Below are positions 63,530 through 64,000 of a stretch of 64,000 nt of DNA, one piece after another. Source of the stretch: Mobula hypostoma. Its lineage: Eukaryota. The position numbers and the translations under genes are program-made. Numbering within the stretch: position 1 is the stretch's first letter; each line of letters begins with the position of its first letter. The notes under the pieces were generated by a model, which did not search any database, was not told the origin of the DNA, and worked only from the letters and a program-made list of their open reading frames with translations. Location of the stretch: positions 8,184,001 through 8,248,000 of the forward strand of contig NC_086097.1 in assembly GCF_963921235.1 (NCBI RefSeq). Direction: 5' to 3'.

Positions 63530-63996
63530 GAGGAACCAGAGGAGGTTCTGGGAAAGAAAGAGTTAACATATGAGGAGTGTTTGAGCCTGGACTCACTGGA
63601 GTTTAGAAGAATGAGTGGGGTTCTCATTGTAACCTATCAAATATTGAAAGGCCTTGATAGGCTGGATGTGAAAAGGGTATTTCCTGTTGTGAGGGATACG
63701 AGGACCAGGAGGTACAGCTGAGTTCCCTTTAGAGTACAGATTAGGAGTATTTTTCTTCAGACAGGGGGTGGTGAATCTGTGGAATTTGTTGCACAGACAT
63801 CTGTGAAGTCTAGTTCACTGGGTATATTTACAGTGGAGGTTGATAGGTTCTTGACTAGTCAGGGTATCAAAGGTTATGTGGAGAAGGCAGGAGAATGGGA
63901 TTGAGAGGGATAATAAATCAGCCATAACAAAATGGTGGAGCGAATTTAATAGGCTAAATTGGTCTAATTTTGCTCCTATGTCTTATGGTCTCATGG
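63530..63996 (+). mobile_element. CR1 3' fragment
   Basis: LTYEECL..SLEFRRMSG.LI.TY.ILKGLD; CR1 3' UTR. Confidence 0.85.
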
Positions 63997-64000
63997 TGTT

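Overview
Repeat-saturated, probably intronic or intergenic vertebrate DNA. The repeat make-up (CR1 LINEs, HE1/V-SINE-like SINEs, Rex1/Babar, Penelope-like elements) points to a cartilaginous fish, probably a ray; this is an inference. I recognised no host protein-coding exon, and nearly all long ORFs are decayed transposon sequence. Contents: many CR1 copies; Rex1/Babar, RTE, L2 and L1 fragments; a split Tc1 relic; hAT MITEs; tRNA- and RTE-related SINEs; two families of Penelope-like elements (PLEs) carrying minimal hammerhead ribozyme motifs, often as palindromes or inversions; and one complete Ty3/Gypsy LTR retrotransposon (37649-42181, minus strand). The most notable signal is in that Gypsy element. 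It has no tRNA primer-binding site; the PBS position holds a perfect 16-nt complement of its own LTR segment spanning the AATAAA signal, suggesting self-priming and/or poly(A) masking. Its RT also has a YLDN catalytic motif. Second, two independent PLE loci each pair an A-type with a B-type pseudo-LTR/hammerhead unit. Coordinates of decayed repeats are approximate (tens of bp).
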